Counted from the stretch's first letter, positions 10,501-20,772 are shown. The stretch is 64,000 nt of DNA from an uncultured delta proteobacterium (GCA_963727625.1 CAVSHR010000004.1:1280001-1344000), one strand, 5' to 3'. Numbers and translations are program-made. Notes: generated by a model not told the origin, from the sequence alone.

Positions 10501-11430
10501 CTAAATTCCAAATAGCTTCTTCGCATTAAGATGGTAGATCTTTTCCTTCTCCGCCTGCGGGACATCGAGCTCTTCCATAGCCTTCAACGTCATCGGGTAA
10601 AACTGATCGTCGCGCCCGCCGCGCCCGTGCGGGTAATCGGCGCCGAAGAGGATTTGATCGGCGCCGACGGTATCGTAAACCAGCTTGATAAACTCGGTGC
10701 GAATCGGCCCCGCCGTGTCATAAAATAATTTCTTAAAACAGCTTTCCGGCTCGTCCTTGCAAACCGGATTGCCTTCGCGCCAGTTGAGCCGGTCGAGATA
10801 AAGCAAAATCATCCCGCCCAGGTGCGACCCGATCATCCGCACCTTCGGATAGCGGTCGAAGATCCCGGCGTAGACGATACGGGAGATCGCCAGCGTGCTG
10901 TCGGTCGGCCAAAGAATTTTTTGATGCAGTGAGTATTTGTCCCAGTTCGACTGGCAGGGCGCGTTGCACGGGTGCATAAACAACGGCTTGCCACCTGACG
11001 CGAGCGCTTGCCAAAAGGGTTCAAACTCCGGCTCGTCGATATATTTGCCCGCGACGTTGGTCGGCATCATGACGCCGTGCATCTTGAGGTCCTTGTAGCA
11101 GCGCTCGAGCTCGCGCACACAGTCGTCCATATCGACCATCGGCAGACGGGCAAACGCCATAAAGCGCTTCGGGTATTTTGCATGGGCCTCGGCGAACGCA
11201 TCATTGAGAATTTTGCACAACTCCAGCGCGCGGACCCGGTCGCCGGTTTTCTCGATACGCCCGCCGGTGTTCGAAAGCACCCCGATATCGATGCCGTGCT
11301 TATCCATCGTATCGAGATACTCCCGGTGGTCGAAGGCGTGAAAGCCCGCTCCCCGGACATCGTTCTGCGCTTCCGGCACCAGATCCAAAAACTTTCCCGG
11401 AAATGCGTGAAAATGCGTATCGATAATCAT
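10501..11430 (-). CDS. Amidohydrolase-2 family protein
   Basis: IDTHFH, FMHP, SHLGG, FGADYPH. Confidence 0.9.
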   Translation of the reverse strand: MIIDTHFHAFPGKFLDLVPEAQNDVRGAGFHAFDHREYLDTMDKHGIDIGVLSNTGGRIEKTGDRVRALELCKILNDAFAEAHAKYPKRFMAFARLPMVDMDDCVRELERCYKDLKMHGVMMPTNVAGKYIDEPEFEPFWQALASGGKPLFMHPCNAPCQSNWDKYSLHQKILWPTDSTLAISRIVYAGIFDRYPKVRMIGSHLGGMILLYLDRLNWREGNPVCKDEPESCFKKLFYDTAGPIRTEFIKLVYDTVGADQILFGADYPHGRGGRDDQFYPMTLKAMEELDVPQAEKEKIYHLNAKKLFGI

Positions 11431-11606
11431 GGAAGCTCCTTTTTCGTTCGTGAATCCGTTTTCAACAAATTTCGCCTTCGTTTATGGGTCGTTCCTATGG
11501 CAGCGTAGAGTTTCAATATTCTAACGCCGACTTTCCGTCAAGCCGCTGAGATTGGATAGATTGACAGGCTCGGGGCCCGCGTGTTTACCTGCCGGGGAGG
11601 TTTTTC

Positions 11607-11894
11607 ATGAGGCTTAAAATCATCTGTTTCGTAGCGACCATTTTCTTCTTGACCGTTGTGCCCCTCCACGCACAATTGAAGAAGGTTCGCTTTCCAGTCA
11701 GCACCGCTTCCATCGCCCAGGTCCCGTCCAGGATTGCCGAGATCAAAGGCATTTATGGCGACCAAGGGCTCGCTATCGAGGTGGTCCTGATTCGCAGCTC
11801 CGTCGGCATGCAAGCGCTGCCCGGCGGCGCCAACAAAGAAGTGCCGACGAGCCAGGTTTTCGACTTTAGTTTCGTGGGCAAGGCGCTGCGGTAG
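11607..11894 (+). pseudogene. NMT1/SsuA-type ABC substrate-binding protein with an in-frame internal deletion
   Basis: Signal peptide plus typical N-terminus (KKVRF...IAEIKGIY...GLAIEVVLIRSSVGMQAL) fused to a typical C-terminus (KEVPTSQVFDFSFV); 95 aa, far shorter than the family. Confidence 0.7.
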
Positions 11895-11925
11895 AGAAAG
11901 GACGAACAGAGCCGCTGGCAACGGG

Positions 11926-12371
11926 TGTCATCCTGAGGAGCAAAGTAACGAAGGATCTGCTTTTAGGTATCACAGTTCCATCGAAACAACGGGGAAGCGA
12001 CAGGAACCGATTCACTGTCCCAATGGGCGATTGAGTAGCCAATTGCGGGAGTTTTACGTTTACATCCTCGCCAGCCGGTCGAGAACCCTCTATGCCGGAG
12101 TGACCAACGATTTCCAACGCCGGGCGTACGAACACAAAATGAAGCTTGTGGACGGTTTTACGACAAAGTATACAATCGATCGCTTGGTATATTTTGAGTC
12201 AACCGAAGACGTCAACACCGCAATTTCGCGGGAGAAATAAATCAAAGACTGGAGACGCAGCAAGAAAATAGCCTTGATCGAGTCGGCGAATCCGATATGG
12301 AAAAACTTGAGTGCGGGATGGTTCGAGGAGAGAAGAAAAAAGCAGATCCTTCGCTCACGCTCGGGATGACA
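11926..12371. mobile_element. Candidate element: GIY-YIG nuclease gene between inverted REP-like palindromes
   Basis: Left TGTCATCCTGAG...CGAAGGATCTGCTTTT (11926-11964) is matched in inverse by right AAAAGCAGATCCTTCG...CTCGGGATGACA (12338-12371). Confidence 0.6.
12031..12369 (+). pseudogene. GIY-YIG nuclease (UPF0213-like) with a premature stop
   Basis: FYVYILASRSRTLYAGVTND..RR..EHK...AISREK*IKDWRRSKKIALIESANPIWKNL; TAA at 12238-12240 where CAA (Gln) is expected; frame continues to TGA 12369. Confidence 0.85.
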
Positions 12372-12449
12372 AGAATCGTCGCGGCATAACGAAATGAACA
12401 ATCGTGATCCTCTGACCCTGAACTTATCGCCTAACGGGGGTGCCGACCG

Positions 12450-14069
12450 ATGACCGACAACCGCGTTCCCGTTCTCATCGCCGGCGCCGGACCGGTCGGT
12501 TTGTCCTTGGCGATCGAGCTTGCCTACCGCGGCATTCGCTGTTTGGTTGTCGAACAAACCGACGGCAGCGTCGAGTTTCCGACGACCAATCTCGCCAACA
12601 CCCGCACCTGCGAGCACCTGCGCCGCTGGGGCATCGCCGACCGCATGCGCTTCGAATCGGGCTATCCGACCGACTACCCGAGGAACTATCTTTTCGTCAC
12701 GCGCATGGACGCCTTCGAGATCGCCCGCTTTGATCACCCGGCCAACGGCGCACCCGAATCGCGCTCGCCCTACAGCCCGGAAGGCCGGCTGTGGATTTCA
12801 AAACCCTACTTCGATCGGGTGCTCCGCGCCCACGCGAATTCGTTACCGCAGGTGCAGGTTCGTTACGAAACATCCTTTGAATCATTTGAACAAACCGATC
12901 AATCGGTCACAGCCCAAATCCTCGACAAAAGGACCGGACAAAAAGAAACCGTCGAGGCGGATTACCTGGTCGGCTGCGACGGCGGTCGCAGCAACATCCG
13001 ACGCGCGCTCGAGATCAAATATGAAGGCGTTTTTTCCCAGGGCATGAACGTTGCCGTGCTGTTTCGTTCTCCACTGCTCGATCATGTTAAACACGGCCCG
13101 GCGGTGCAGTATCAGATCATCAACGCGCAGATCAACGGCGCCATCGCCGCCGTCGACGGCAAAGAAATTTGGCGCTTGAACGTTCGCAACGTCAAGCAGG
13201 AGCAGCTCGACGTCTTCGACGCGCCACAAAAAATCCGCTACGCCCTCGGCGACAAGATTCCCTTCGAGCTCATCGCCGTGCGCCCGTGGACCGGCCACTG
13301 CGTGGTTGCCGAGAGATATCAGGACGGGCGCGTGTTCCTCGCCGGCGATGCGGCACACTTAAATTGGCCGGCGGGCGGCTTCGGCATGAACACGGGTGTC
13401 GGCGACGCCGTCGACATCGGCTGGAAACTCGCCGCCGCGCTGCAGGGCTGGGGCGGAGCCCGTTTACTCGACAGCTACACGGCCGAGCGCAAACCCATCG
13501 CCATGATCAACGTCAACGAGGCGGCGGAAATGCGCGCCAGCTTCGATAGCCAGACGCCGTTTTCACCAGCGATCGGCGACGACAGCAACGAAGGCAAACT
13601 ACTGCGTGACAAAGCCCGCGCCGCGATCTTGCGCACCCGCGCGAAAGAATTTCAGCACGACTCCGCCGGCATCGAGCTCGGCTACCGCTACGAAAACTCG
13701 CCGATCTGTGTTGCCGACGGCACACCGGCACCGCCCCTGGACCACGGGCTCTATGTGGCATCGACCTGGCCCGGCGTACGCGCGCCCCATGCCTGGCTCG
13801 CCGATGGCCGCTCGACCCTCGATCTTTTCGGCAAAGGATTCACGTTGCTAAATCTCTCGGGAACTACTACGGGCACGAACACGCTCACGGCAGCGGCGAC
13901 CCGCGTCGGCCTTCCGCTCCAATCAATCAAAATTGACGAACCAAAAGTACGCGACACTTACGAACGACATTTCGTTCTGGTCCGCCCCGACGGCCATGTC
14001 GCCTGGCGCGGCGATGAGCTACCCGACGATGGCTCAATAATCATCGACAAGGTTCGTGGCGCGATTTAA
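12450..14069 (+). CDS. FAD-dependent aromatic monooxygenase (PheA/TfdB, FAD_binding_3)
   Basis: GAGPVGL, LVGCDGGRS, RVFLAGDAAH, GGFGMNTG, LVRPDGHVAWRG. Confidence 0.92.
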   Translation: MTDNRVPVLIAGAGPVGLSLAIELAYRGIRCLVVEQTDGSVEFPTTNLANTRTCEHLRRWGIADRMRFESGYPTDYPRNYLFVTRMDAFEIARFDHPANGAPESRSPYSPEGRLWISKPYFDRVLRAHANSLPQVQVRYETSFESFEQTDQSVTAQILDKRTGQKETVEADYLVGCDGGRSNIRRALEIKYEGVFSQGMNVAVLFRSPLLDHVKHGPAVQYQIINAQINGAIAAVDGKEIWRLNVRNVKQEQLDVFDAPQKIRYALGDKIPFELIAVRPWTGHCVVAERYQDGRVFLAGDAAHLNWPAGGFGMNTGVGDAVDIGWKLAAALQGWGGARLLDSYTAERKPIAMINVNEAAEMRASFDSQTPFSPAIGDDSNEGKLLRDKARAAILRTRAKEFQHDSAGIELGYRYENSPICVADGTPAPPLDHGLYVASTWPGVRAPHAWLADGRSTLDLFGKGFTLLNLSGTTTGTNTLTAAATRVGLPLQSIKIDEPKVRDTYERHFVLVRPDGHVAWRGDELPDDGSIIIDKVRGAI

Positions 14070-14296
14070 ATTTTTTGAGAATCGGAGTGATGCTCACCCT
14101 GAAAATCACGATTAGATATCCGCTCCCCGAAAGCCTATCGGTGCGCTCAAGATAGCTACCGGATTACTGGTCTCCGGGTTGAATCCATCGACAGAGCTCT
14201 AGATCATTTCCAGCAGCACTTCATCCACTGCCTCAAATTGACACCCGCCCGACCCTTTGTTATGCGAAAGAGAAGTTGATTTGACAGGAGCGCGCC

Positions 14297-15418
14297 ATGA
14301 AATACGGTTTCAAAGCGATGGATTCGGACATGCATGTCATGGAACCCTGCGATCTTTGGCAGAAGTATATCGACAAGAAATTTCTCGATCGTGCGCCCAT
14401 CGGTCTCAACCGCCACAAGCGCGATCTCGGCGTTCAGGTTGACGGCAAGATCATGCCGCGCCCAACGCCAAAGCCCAACCCCGAGCTCGGACCAATTCGC
14501 GAGAGAATCCTAAACGAAAGGTATAGCGAAGAAGAAGCGCGCGACTTCGACAACGTCGCCCAGCTGTGCGCCATGGACAAAGAAGGACTCGACGTGGCGA
14601 TTCTCTATCCGAGCCGCGGCTTGTTCGTCCTCGCCGTCGACGGGCTCGATCCTGAACTCGCTACCGCCATCGCAAGGGCCTACAATGACTGGATGCACGA
14701 TTATTGTAAGATCGCGCCGGATCGCATGTACGGCGCCGGAATCGTCGCACCGCATGACGTTTCGTCAGCCATCGAAGAGACCCGCCGCGTGGTCAAAGAG
14801 CTCGGCTTTCGCAGCGTGCTCATGCGCCCGAACCACGTCAACGGCAAAATGTGGAGCGATCCCTATTACGATCCGCTGTGGGAGGAGTGCCAGAAGCTCG
14901 GCATTCCTGTCGGTTTTCACGAGGCCGGCCGAGTTTTCCTGCCCCAGCCGGCCCTGTCCGAGTTCATTCCGAGCTTTACCATGTTCAACACGCTGTCTTT
15001 TCCGATGGCTAACATGTTCGCCTGCGCCGACATGATCTACGGCGGCGTCATGGAACGCTTTCCAAAACTGAAAATCGCTTTTTTGGAAGGCAACTGCGCC
15101 TGGCTTCCTTGGCTTCTCTGGCGCATGGGCGAATACGCCGAGCTGACCGGCATCGCCGAGCATCCGCAGATGAAGCTCGAACCGTTGGAATATTTCCAGC
15201 GCCAGTGCTGGGGCGCGGTGGAATGCGACGAGGCGGTCGCCAAATATCTCCCCGACTTCGGCCTCGAGGACAATATCGTCTTCTCCACCGATTACCCGCA
15301 CCTGGACGTCAAGTATCCCCATGCCGTGGAAACTTTTCTCAAGCTGCCCTTCAGCGATCAGACTAAAAGAAAATATCTGTGGAACAACTGCGCGCGGCTG
15401 TATGGCTTCGATGATTGA
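14297..15418 (+). CDS. Amidohydrolase-2 family protein
   Basis: DSDMHVMEP, VGFHE, FLEGNCAW, FSTDYPHLD. Confidence 0.9.
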   Translation: MKYGFKAMDSDMHVMEPCDLWQKYIDKKFLDRAPIGLNRHKRDLGVQVDGKIMPRPTPKPNPELGPIRERILNERYSEEEARDFDNVAQLCAMDKEGLDVAILYPSRGLFVLAVDGLDPELATAIARAYNDWMHDYCKIAPDRMYGAGIVAPHDVSSAIEETRRVVKELGFRSVLMRPNHVNGKMWSDPYYDPLWEECQKLGIPVGFHEAGRVFLPQPALSEFIPSFTMFNTLSFPMANMFACADMIYGGVMERFPKLKIAFLEGNCAWLPWLLWRMGEYAELTGIAEHPQMKLEPLEYFQRQCWGAVECDEAVAKYLPDFGLEDNIVFSTDYPHLDVKYPHAVETFLKLPFSDQTKRKYLWNNCARLYGFDD

Positions 15419-15702
15419 CGCTTGTCTCGCCTCTACATCTTAACCCTGCCGACTTTCAAGGCGACGAGAACTTGGACTGGACCATCGCTGAACTCGGAAG
15501 CGTAGGATTCACGTACGCCAATGACGATCCCGACAGCGACATGGATAGAAACCGCATGCAGACGATTAAAAGGATCCGCGGGCTGACCAGCGCGGAAACA
15601 GCCGACCTGCTCGGGAAATCGCCCGCCCCTTTTAAATTTTTGGCATCTGAAATCCGCATCCGGATGCAAGCCTCTCTGACTTGGGCAGGATCCTCAAAGT
15701 AA
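15415..15702 (+). pseudogene. Probable decayed 3' end of an amidohydrolase paralog
   Basis: DENLDWTIAELG...YANDDPDSDMD...GLTSAETADLLG aligns by eye with the DE..../DYPH.D/..K.L..N C-terminal region of amidohydrolase-2. Confidence 0.45.
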
Positions 15703-15849
15703 TGTCGTCAACCATCCCAAAACTTTTCCGTGTGTCCGTTCGAAGAACTCAGAACCGGTGCTGAACCGGTTAAGTGAATTCGAGACAGTTTTCGGTAGCC
15801 CGCGGTTTGTTGGCCGGTCGCGCCCGCTGCCGCGCATCGTGCGGCGGAC

Positions 15850-15880
15850 TTGACCTCACGTCGTGATTCTCTGCTATAGT
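15850..15880 (+). promoter_or_regulatory. Sigma70 promoter with 19 bp spacer and internal dyad (MerR-type)
   Basis: TTGACC-19 bp-TATAGT, extended -10 TG, spacer dyad TCACG-T-CGTGA. Confidence 0.5.
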
Positions 15881-16104
15881 GAAGCCCCGTGACACTTTGA
15901 CAGCTCCGGCACGAGCCACGATGCATTTTGTCGTCTGTGCGCACAGCCGCAAGCGGCATGCGCTGGTTTTTTCGATTGACCTCCGGCGCCCGGGCTCTCG
16001 GTACGTCTCATGAAACGATGCTGCAACCAGCTGGCTCGAAGACTTATGCCGTCCGCAGGCAAATACGGAGCTATTCCCCCGACCGCCTGGCATCCAGAAC
16101 GGCC

Positions 16105-17187
16105 ATGATCACGCGATACTGGAAAAACCTGCTCGTCGTCATAGTGATCGCGGCCTCGCTCGGCGGCTTCGGCTGGTGGTGGTGGGTCACTTCCGGCTAC
16201 GTGTCTACAGACGATGCACGCATCAAAGCCGATATCGTAGCGATCAGCGCCGAGCTGACGGCCAAGATCACTTCGCTCTCGAAGCGCGAGGGCGATCGGG
16301 TTGCCCGCGACGAGGTCTTGGCTACCCTTGACCGCCGCGAGCTTCAAATTCAAATTCAACAGGCCGGGGCAGAGATCGATCGCCTTCGGAGCATGGCCCA
16401 GCGAGAGGCAAAAAACATCGAGCTGCAAAAATCGACACAGCGCGAAGAAGTCGCCAAAGCCGAGGCGGCGCTGCGCGCGTCGCGTTATAACTACGAAGAC
16501 GCCCGCGCCCACGCCGTTCAGGCCAAGGACGATTGGCGGAGAAATAAGAGACTCTTCGAAAAGCAGCTGGTTGCGGAACAGGATCTCGACCGCACCACGA
16601 CCTTGCTACGCCAATCCGAAGCTCAGTTGTCCGCCCTGCAGGAAAAGATCAAGGAGTCAGAGTCGCTGCTCGATCTCGCGCGGCTCAAATCCGGCGAGAT
16701 TGCCGTCATGGAATCGGAGCTGCAAGCGCGCAAGGCGGAGGTGCGGCGCGCCAACGCGGAGATCGCCGATCTGCGGCGCAAACTGCAGTTGACGATGATC
16801 CGCAGCCCGGTGAACGGAGTGGTCGTGAAGAAGAGCGCCAATCCAGGGGAAGTGACCCAGATCGGCCAGCCGATTTACATGATTGTCGACTCAAGCCGAT
16901 TTTGGGTCGAAGCCAATGTCGAGGAAACCGAGATTCGTTTCGTGAAGCCCGGCCACCCGGTCATCATCCAAGTGGATTCCTATCCCGATCGTCAGTTCGC
17001 CGGCAAAGTCATTGAAGTCGGCGGCGCAACCGTCTCAGAATTTTCGCTGTTCAACCCCCAGAAGCTCACCGGCCAGTTCATTAAATCGACCCAGCGTCTG
17101 CCGGTCAAGATCTCCGTCGACAACACCACAGGCCTCTTAAAAGTCGGAATGCTCGTCGTCGTACGCATCAAAAAAAGCGCTTCCTGA
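16105..17187 (+). CDS. HlyD/EmrA-type efflux membrane fusion protein
   Basis: TM anchor, STDDARIKAD, coiled coil, IRSPVNG, WVEANVEETE, TGQFIKSTQRLPVKI. Confidence 0.9.
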   Translation: MITRYWKNLLVVIVIAASLGGFGWWWWVTSGYVSTDDARIKADIVAISAELTAKITSLSKREGDRVARDEVLATLDRRELQIQIQQAGAEIDRLRSMAQREAKNIELQKSTQREEVAKAEAALRASRYNYEDARAHAVQAKDDWRRNKRLFEKQLVAEQDLDRTTTLLRQSEAQLSALQEKIKESESLLDLARLKSGEIAVMESELQARKAEVRRANAEIADLRRKLQLTMIRSPVNGVVVKKSANPGEVTQIGQPIYMIVDSSRFWVEANVEETEIRFVKPGHPVIIQVDSYPDRQFAGKVIEVGGATVSEFSLFNPQKLTGQFIKSTQRLPVKISVDNTTGLLKVGMLVVVRIKKSAS

Positions 17188-17196
17188 GGCTGTCGT

Positions 17197-18750
17197 ATGG
17201 ATCCTTCCGAAACTTCTCCGCCAAACGACGACGGTCTGCGCAAGTGGTGGATCGCGATCACGCTCTTTCTCGGCACCCTGTCCGTTGGCCTCAGCGTCAG
17301 CGCGGTCAACATCGCCATTCCGACGATTATGTCGTCGCTCGGCACTTCGCTTAACCGCATTCAGTGGGTCCTGACCGGCTTTATGATCACGCGCACAGTG
17401 CTCATTCCCTCGGTCGGCTGGCTCGGCGAGCGCATGGGCGACCGCAATCTCTTCATCGCCAGCACGACCGTCTTTACCGCCGGCTCGCTGCTCTGCTCGT
17501 TTTCTTGGAACGCCGAGTCGCTGATTCTCTTTCGTATCGTTCAGGCGATGGGCGCCGGCCCGCTGCTCGGCGTGTCCATGGCGATCATGTTCGAAGCCTT
17601 CCCGCGCCACGAGCGCGGCTTCGCCATGGGCCTGTTCATGACCGGCTGGTCGCTCGGCCCATTCTTCGGTCCCTTGCTCGGCGGTTACTTGACCGAGCAC
17701 GTGCACTGGCGCGCGATCTTCTACATCAACCTGCCGACCGGGCTGCTGAGCATCGTCAGCGGCTACTATCTGCTGCCGCGCGTGCAGGCAAAATCCCCTA
17801 GCGCCGCGCCGCTCGATCTCTTCGGCCTGATGACCATGGCCTCCGGCACTGTAACCCTGTTGTTGGCGCTCAATCTCGGACACGAGGAAGGTTGGGGCAG
17901 CCGGCTGATCGTCACCCTGTTCGCCGCATCGGCCCTGTTCTTCGCGCTCTTCATCGTCGCCGAATTGAGAACGAAACACCCTTTTATTGAGCTGCGCTAC
18001 TTCCGCGATGTCAACTTCAGCCTGGCGAACTTTATGATCTTCCTGCGCGTTTTCGGATTTCGCGGCACGAGTTTTCTGCTCGCCCTGTTCTTGCAAAGGG
18101 GACTGAATTACACGCCGACCCAGGCGGGAATTTTTCTCTTGCCCGGCGCGGTCATCACCGGCTTGTGGTCGCCGGTGGCGGGAAAAATGACCGACCTACT
18201 CGGACCGCGAATCCCAATCGTCGGCGGCTTTGCAATTCTCATTTTTGCGCTTTACGGCCTCTCCCATTTGACGTTGTGGAGCACTGTGACGTTTATTTTC
18301 CTTTTCATGTGCGTCAGGAGCGTCGGCCAGTCAAGCCTCAATGCCCCGCTCAACACCGTGGCCCTAGCCGCCATTCCCGAAGGCCGCGCGCGCATGGGCA
18401 GCGGCATGATCGGCATGACGCGCGGCCTCGGCGAGGCCTTCAGCATCGCAGTGCTGAGCGTATGGCTCGAGCGCTATGCATTTTTCAATCTTTATTCGAT
18501 CCCAACGCTTCAAGGCGCGCCGTTCGCCGCTAGCGCCCGCCTGCGTGTGCTCGCGCAGATCCACGGGCTGCTGATCGACGCCGGTCAATACGGCCTCGCA
18601 CTGCAAGAGCGCGCCCATTCTCTTCTCGCCCACACGCTTATCAACCAAGCCCTGACCCAAGCCTACCAAGACATGTTCTTCCTGATTGGAGTGCTCAACC
18701 TCGGCTTGCTCGTCATCGCGCTTTTTCTCCGCACCAAGCGCGCCCGATAA
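17197..18750 (+). CDS. DHA2 (EmrB/QacA) MFS efflux permease
   Basis: About 14 TM; VNIAIPTIM, GWLGERMGDR, GPLLGGYL..HWRAIFYINLP. Confidence 0.92.
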   Translation: MDPSETSPPNDDGLRKWWIAITLFLGTLSVGLSVSAVNIAIPTIMSSLGTSLNRIQWVLTGFMITRTVLIPSVGWLGERMGDRNLFIASTTVFTAGSLLCSFSWNAESLILFRIVQAMGAGPLLGVSMAIMFEAFPRHERGFAMGLFMTGWSLGPFFGPLLGGYLTEHVHWRAIFYINLPTGLLSIVSGYYLLPRVQAKSPSAAPLDLFGLMTMASGTVTLLLALNLGHEEGWGSRLIVTLFAASALFFALFIVAELRTKHPFIELRYFRDVNFSLANFMIFLRVFGFRGTSFLLALFLQRGLNYTPTQAGIFLLPGAVITGLWSPVAGKMTDLLGPRIPIVGGFAILIFALYGLSHLTLWSTVTFIFLFMCVRSVGQSSLNAPLNTVALAAIPEGRARMGSGMIGMTRGLGEAFSIAVLSVWLERYAFFNLYSIPTLQGAPFAASARLRVLAQIHGLLIDAGQYGLALQERAHSLLAHTLINQALTQAYQDMFFLIGVLNLGLLVIALFLRTKRAR

Positions 18751-18913
18751 CACCTCATGCCGTTCGAGTTTGATCGAGCAAGAACGACCGAAGCAGCAAG
18801 CGTCGGCACCGAGGGTTTGGCAAAAAGAGAGGATTGATTCGGTGTCCCCCCGATACACTCCGAGAAAATTCTGCGCGGGTTTGAAGGATGCCGAGAGAGT
18901 TTTTAGCAGCCCG

Positions 18914-19681
18914 CTAATTTGTCAGCTTGTTACGCACGCCACGACGCGCCCACAGAAGCAGCAGCAAAGACATTCCCAGCGTATAAACCAGATCCCACAG
19001 CACGATCACGGAAAACTCGCCGTTGAACGCGGCGCGCGCCAAGCGCACGGGGTGCAGCAGCGGCAACACCTCGGCGACCCAGAGCCACGGACCTGCCAGC
19101 CTTTCCTTCAGCGGGAAGAACACATCGGAAAACAAAAACAACGGGGTGAGAAACAGCGTGAAATAAAAACTAAACATGTCGATGTTCGGGATTCGCAGTG
19201 AGAAAACCATGCCGATGGCGGCGAAGAGCAGTCCCGTCAAAGGAATCACTAAGAGCGCCGACAGCGACGACGGCAAGGGCGCGAGCCCAAAAAACATCAA
19301 CACGATGAAGAAGCATCCGCCGTAGACACAGGCGCGAGTCACCGCCCACAACACTTCACCGGCCAGAATATCGTCGGGCTCAATCGGCGTCGTCAGCATC
19401 GCATCGTAGGTCTTTTCAAAAACCAGCCGCACGTAGATGTTATAGGTCACCTCGAAGCTCGCCCCGTTCATCGCCGCCACGCAGACGAGCCCTGGCGCGA
19501 GGAACGCAAGATAGCTCGTGCCGCCGATCTCTGAAATATAAGCACCGACGCCGACACCGATGGAAAATAGATAGAAAACCGGCTCGAAGAAATTGGGCAA
19601 AATATTCCACTTCCATGTCTTCTTGTACATGGCGGCGTTGCGCCGCCACACCGCCAGTGCGTAGGGAAGCGAAACACTCAC
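18914..19681 (-). CDS. ABC-2 permease, NodJ-like
   Basis: EPVFYLFSIGVGVG, YLAFLAPGL, TYDAMLTTP, FLFSDVFFPL. Confidence 0.88.
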   Translation of the reverse strand: MSVSLPYALAVWRRNAAMYKKTWKWNILPNFFEPVFYLFSIGVGVGAYISEIGGTSYLAFLAPGLVCVAAMNGASFEVTYNIYVRLVFEKTYDAMLTTPIEPDDILAGEVLWAVTRACVYGGCFFIVLMFFGLAPLPSSLSALLVIPLTGLLFAAIGMVFSLRIPNIDMFSFYFTLFLTPLFLFSDVFFPLKERLAGPWLWVAEVLPLLHPVRLARAAFNGEFSVIVLWDLVYTLGMSLLLLLWARRGVRNKLTN

Positions 19682-20625
19682 GGTTTGGTCTCCAGGCTGG
19701 TTCCGGTAAGGGACAGATAGAAGTCTTCGAGATTGGTGGGCCGGACGATGATCGGGCGGCGATCTCCCTGGTCGTGGCGGCGAATTTGGTCGATAAGCCC
19801 GGTGGCATCGTCAACGTAAAGCATCAACCGTCTGCCGACGCGCAAGCGCCGATCCGGTGCGACGCCGTCGAGCAGCGCCGCTTCTTCATGTGGCGTGCAG
19901 TCAAACTCCACCGTTTCCGGCGCCAGTCGCGTCGTAATGAGCTCCTCCGGGGCCCCCAAGGCAATCACTTTGCCCGCCGAAACGATGGCAACCCGGTCGC
20001 ATAGACGCTGCGCTTCATCCATGTAGTGAGTCGTGATCAGCACGGTGGTACCGGCCGCGCGCAAATCTCTGATGCGCGACCACAAGACCAAGCGCACCGC
20101 AGGGTCGAGTCCGGTGGTCGGTTCGTCGAGGATCAAAAGTTCCGGGCCGTTGATCAATGACAGCGCAATCGCCAAACGCCGCTGGAATCCGCCCGACAAT
20201 TGCCGCACGGGAAGATGAGCGTGGGAGCGCAGCTCAAGGAAGTCGATCAATTCTTCCGCGCGCCGCGAAAGCTCCGGCTCGCGCAGCAAATGATACCGGC
20301 CGAAAACCAAAAGGTTCTCTTTGGGCGACAACGCCTCGATCAGAACGTTCTGCTGCAAAGTCACGCCGAGCCGCGAGCGCACCGCTCGCACACGCTGCCC
20401 GATATCCATACCGAACACGCGAATCGTGCCGCTTGTAGCACGGGTGACACCGTAGATCATGCGCAGGGTCGTGGTCTTTCCGGCGCCGTTGGGTCCCAGA
20501 AGCCCAAAGCAGACGCGCGCTGGAACATCGAGATCAAGATCCTTTACGGCGAACCGCTCGCCGAATTTTTTCGAAATTCCACGGACCTCGACCACCGGCG
20601 ATGTAGCTGAAGCTTGCTGCTTCAT
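19678..20625 (-). CDS. ABC ATP-binding protein, NodI/DrrA-like
   Basis: GPNGAGKTT, LSGG, LILDEPTTGLDP, TTHYMDEA, TNLEDFYLSLTG. Confidence 0.92.
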   Translation of the reverse strand: MKQQASATSPVVEVRGISKKFGERFAVKDLDLDVPARVCFGLLGPNGAGKTTTLRMIYGVTRATSGTIRVFGMDIGQRVRAVRSRLGVTLQQNVLIEALSPKENLLVFGRYHLLREPELSRRAEELIDFLELRSHAHLPVRQLSGGFQRRLAIALSLINGPELLILDEPTTGLDPAVRLVLWSRIRDLRAAGTTVLITTHYMDEAQRLCDRVAIVSAGKVIALGAPEELITTRLAPETVEFDCTPHEEAALLDGVAPDRRLRVGRRLMLYVDDATGLIDQIRRHDQGDRRPIIVRPTNLEDFYLSLTGTSLETKP

Positions 20626-20772
20626 TTGATTTCTGTGTGCGTAACGTTACAGGACCCGCTCCACTCCATCGGAAACAAAAGGCGAGCAAATCGCGTCCTG
20701 CGAAGCTGAACGAACCTCGGCATTGACCGGAAACAATTGCGAATTTATCGACTTGAAACCGAATTGTGTTTC

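Noticed and set aside
18757-18837. 26-codon ORF MPFEFDRARTTEAA..., vaguely like an antitoxin N-terminus
   Set aside because: Too short, no RBS, and the similarity cannot be supported.
18914-20625. nodIJ as evidence of nodulation
   Set aside because: No nodABC nearby; NodIJ-like ABC-2 exporters are widespread.
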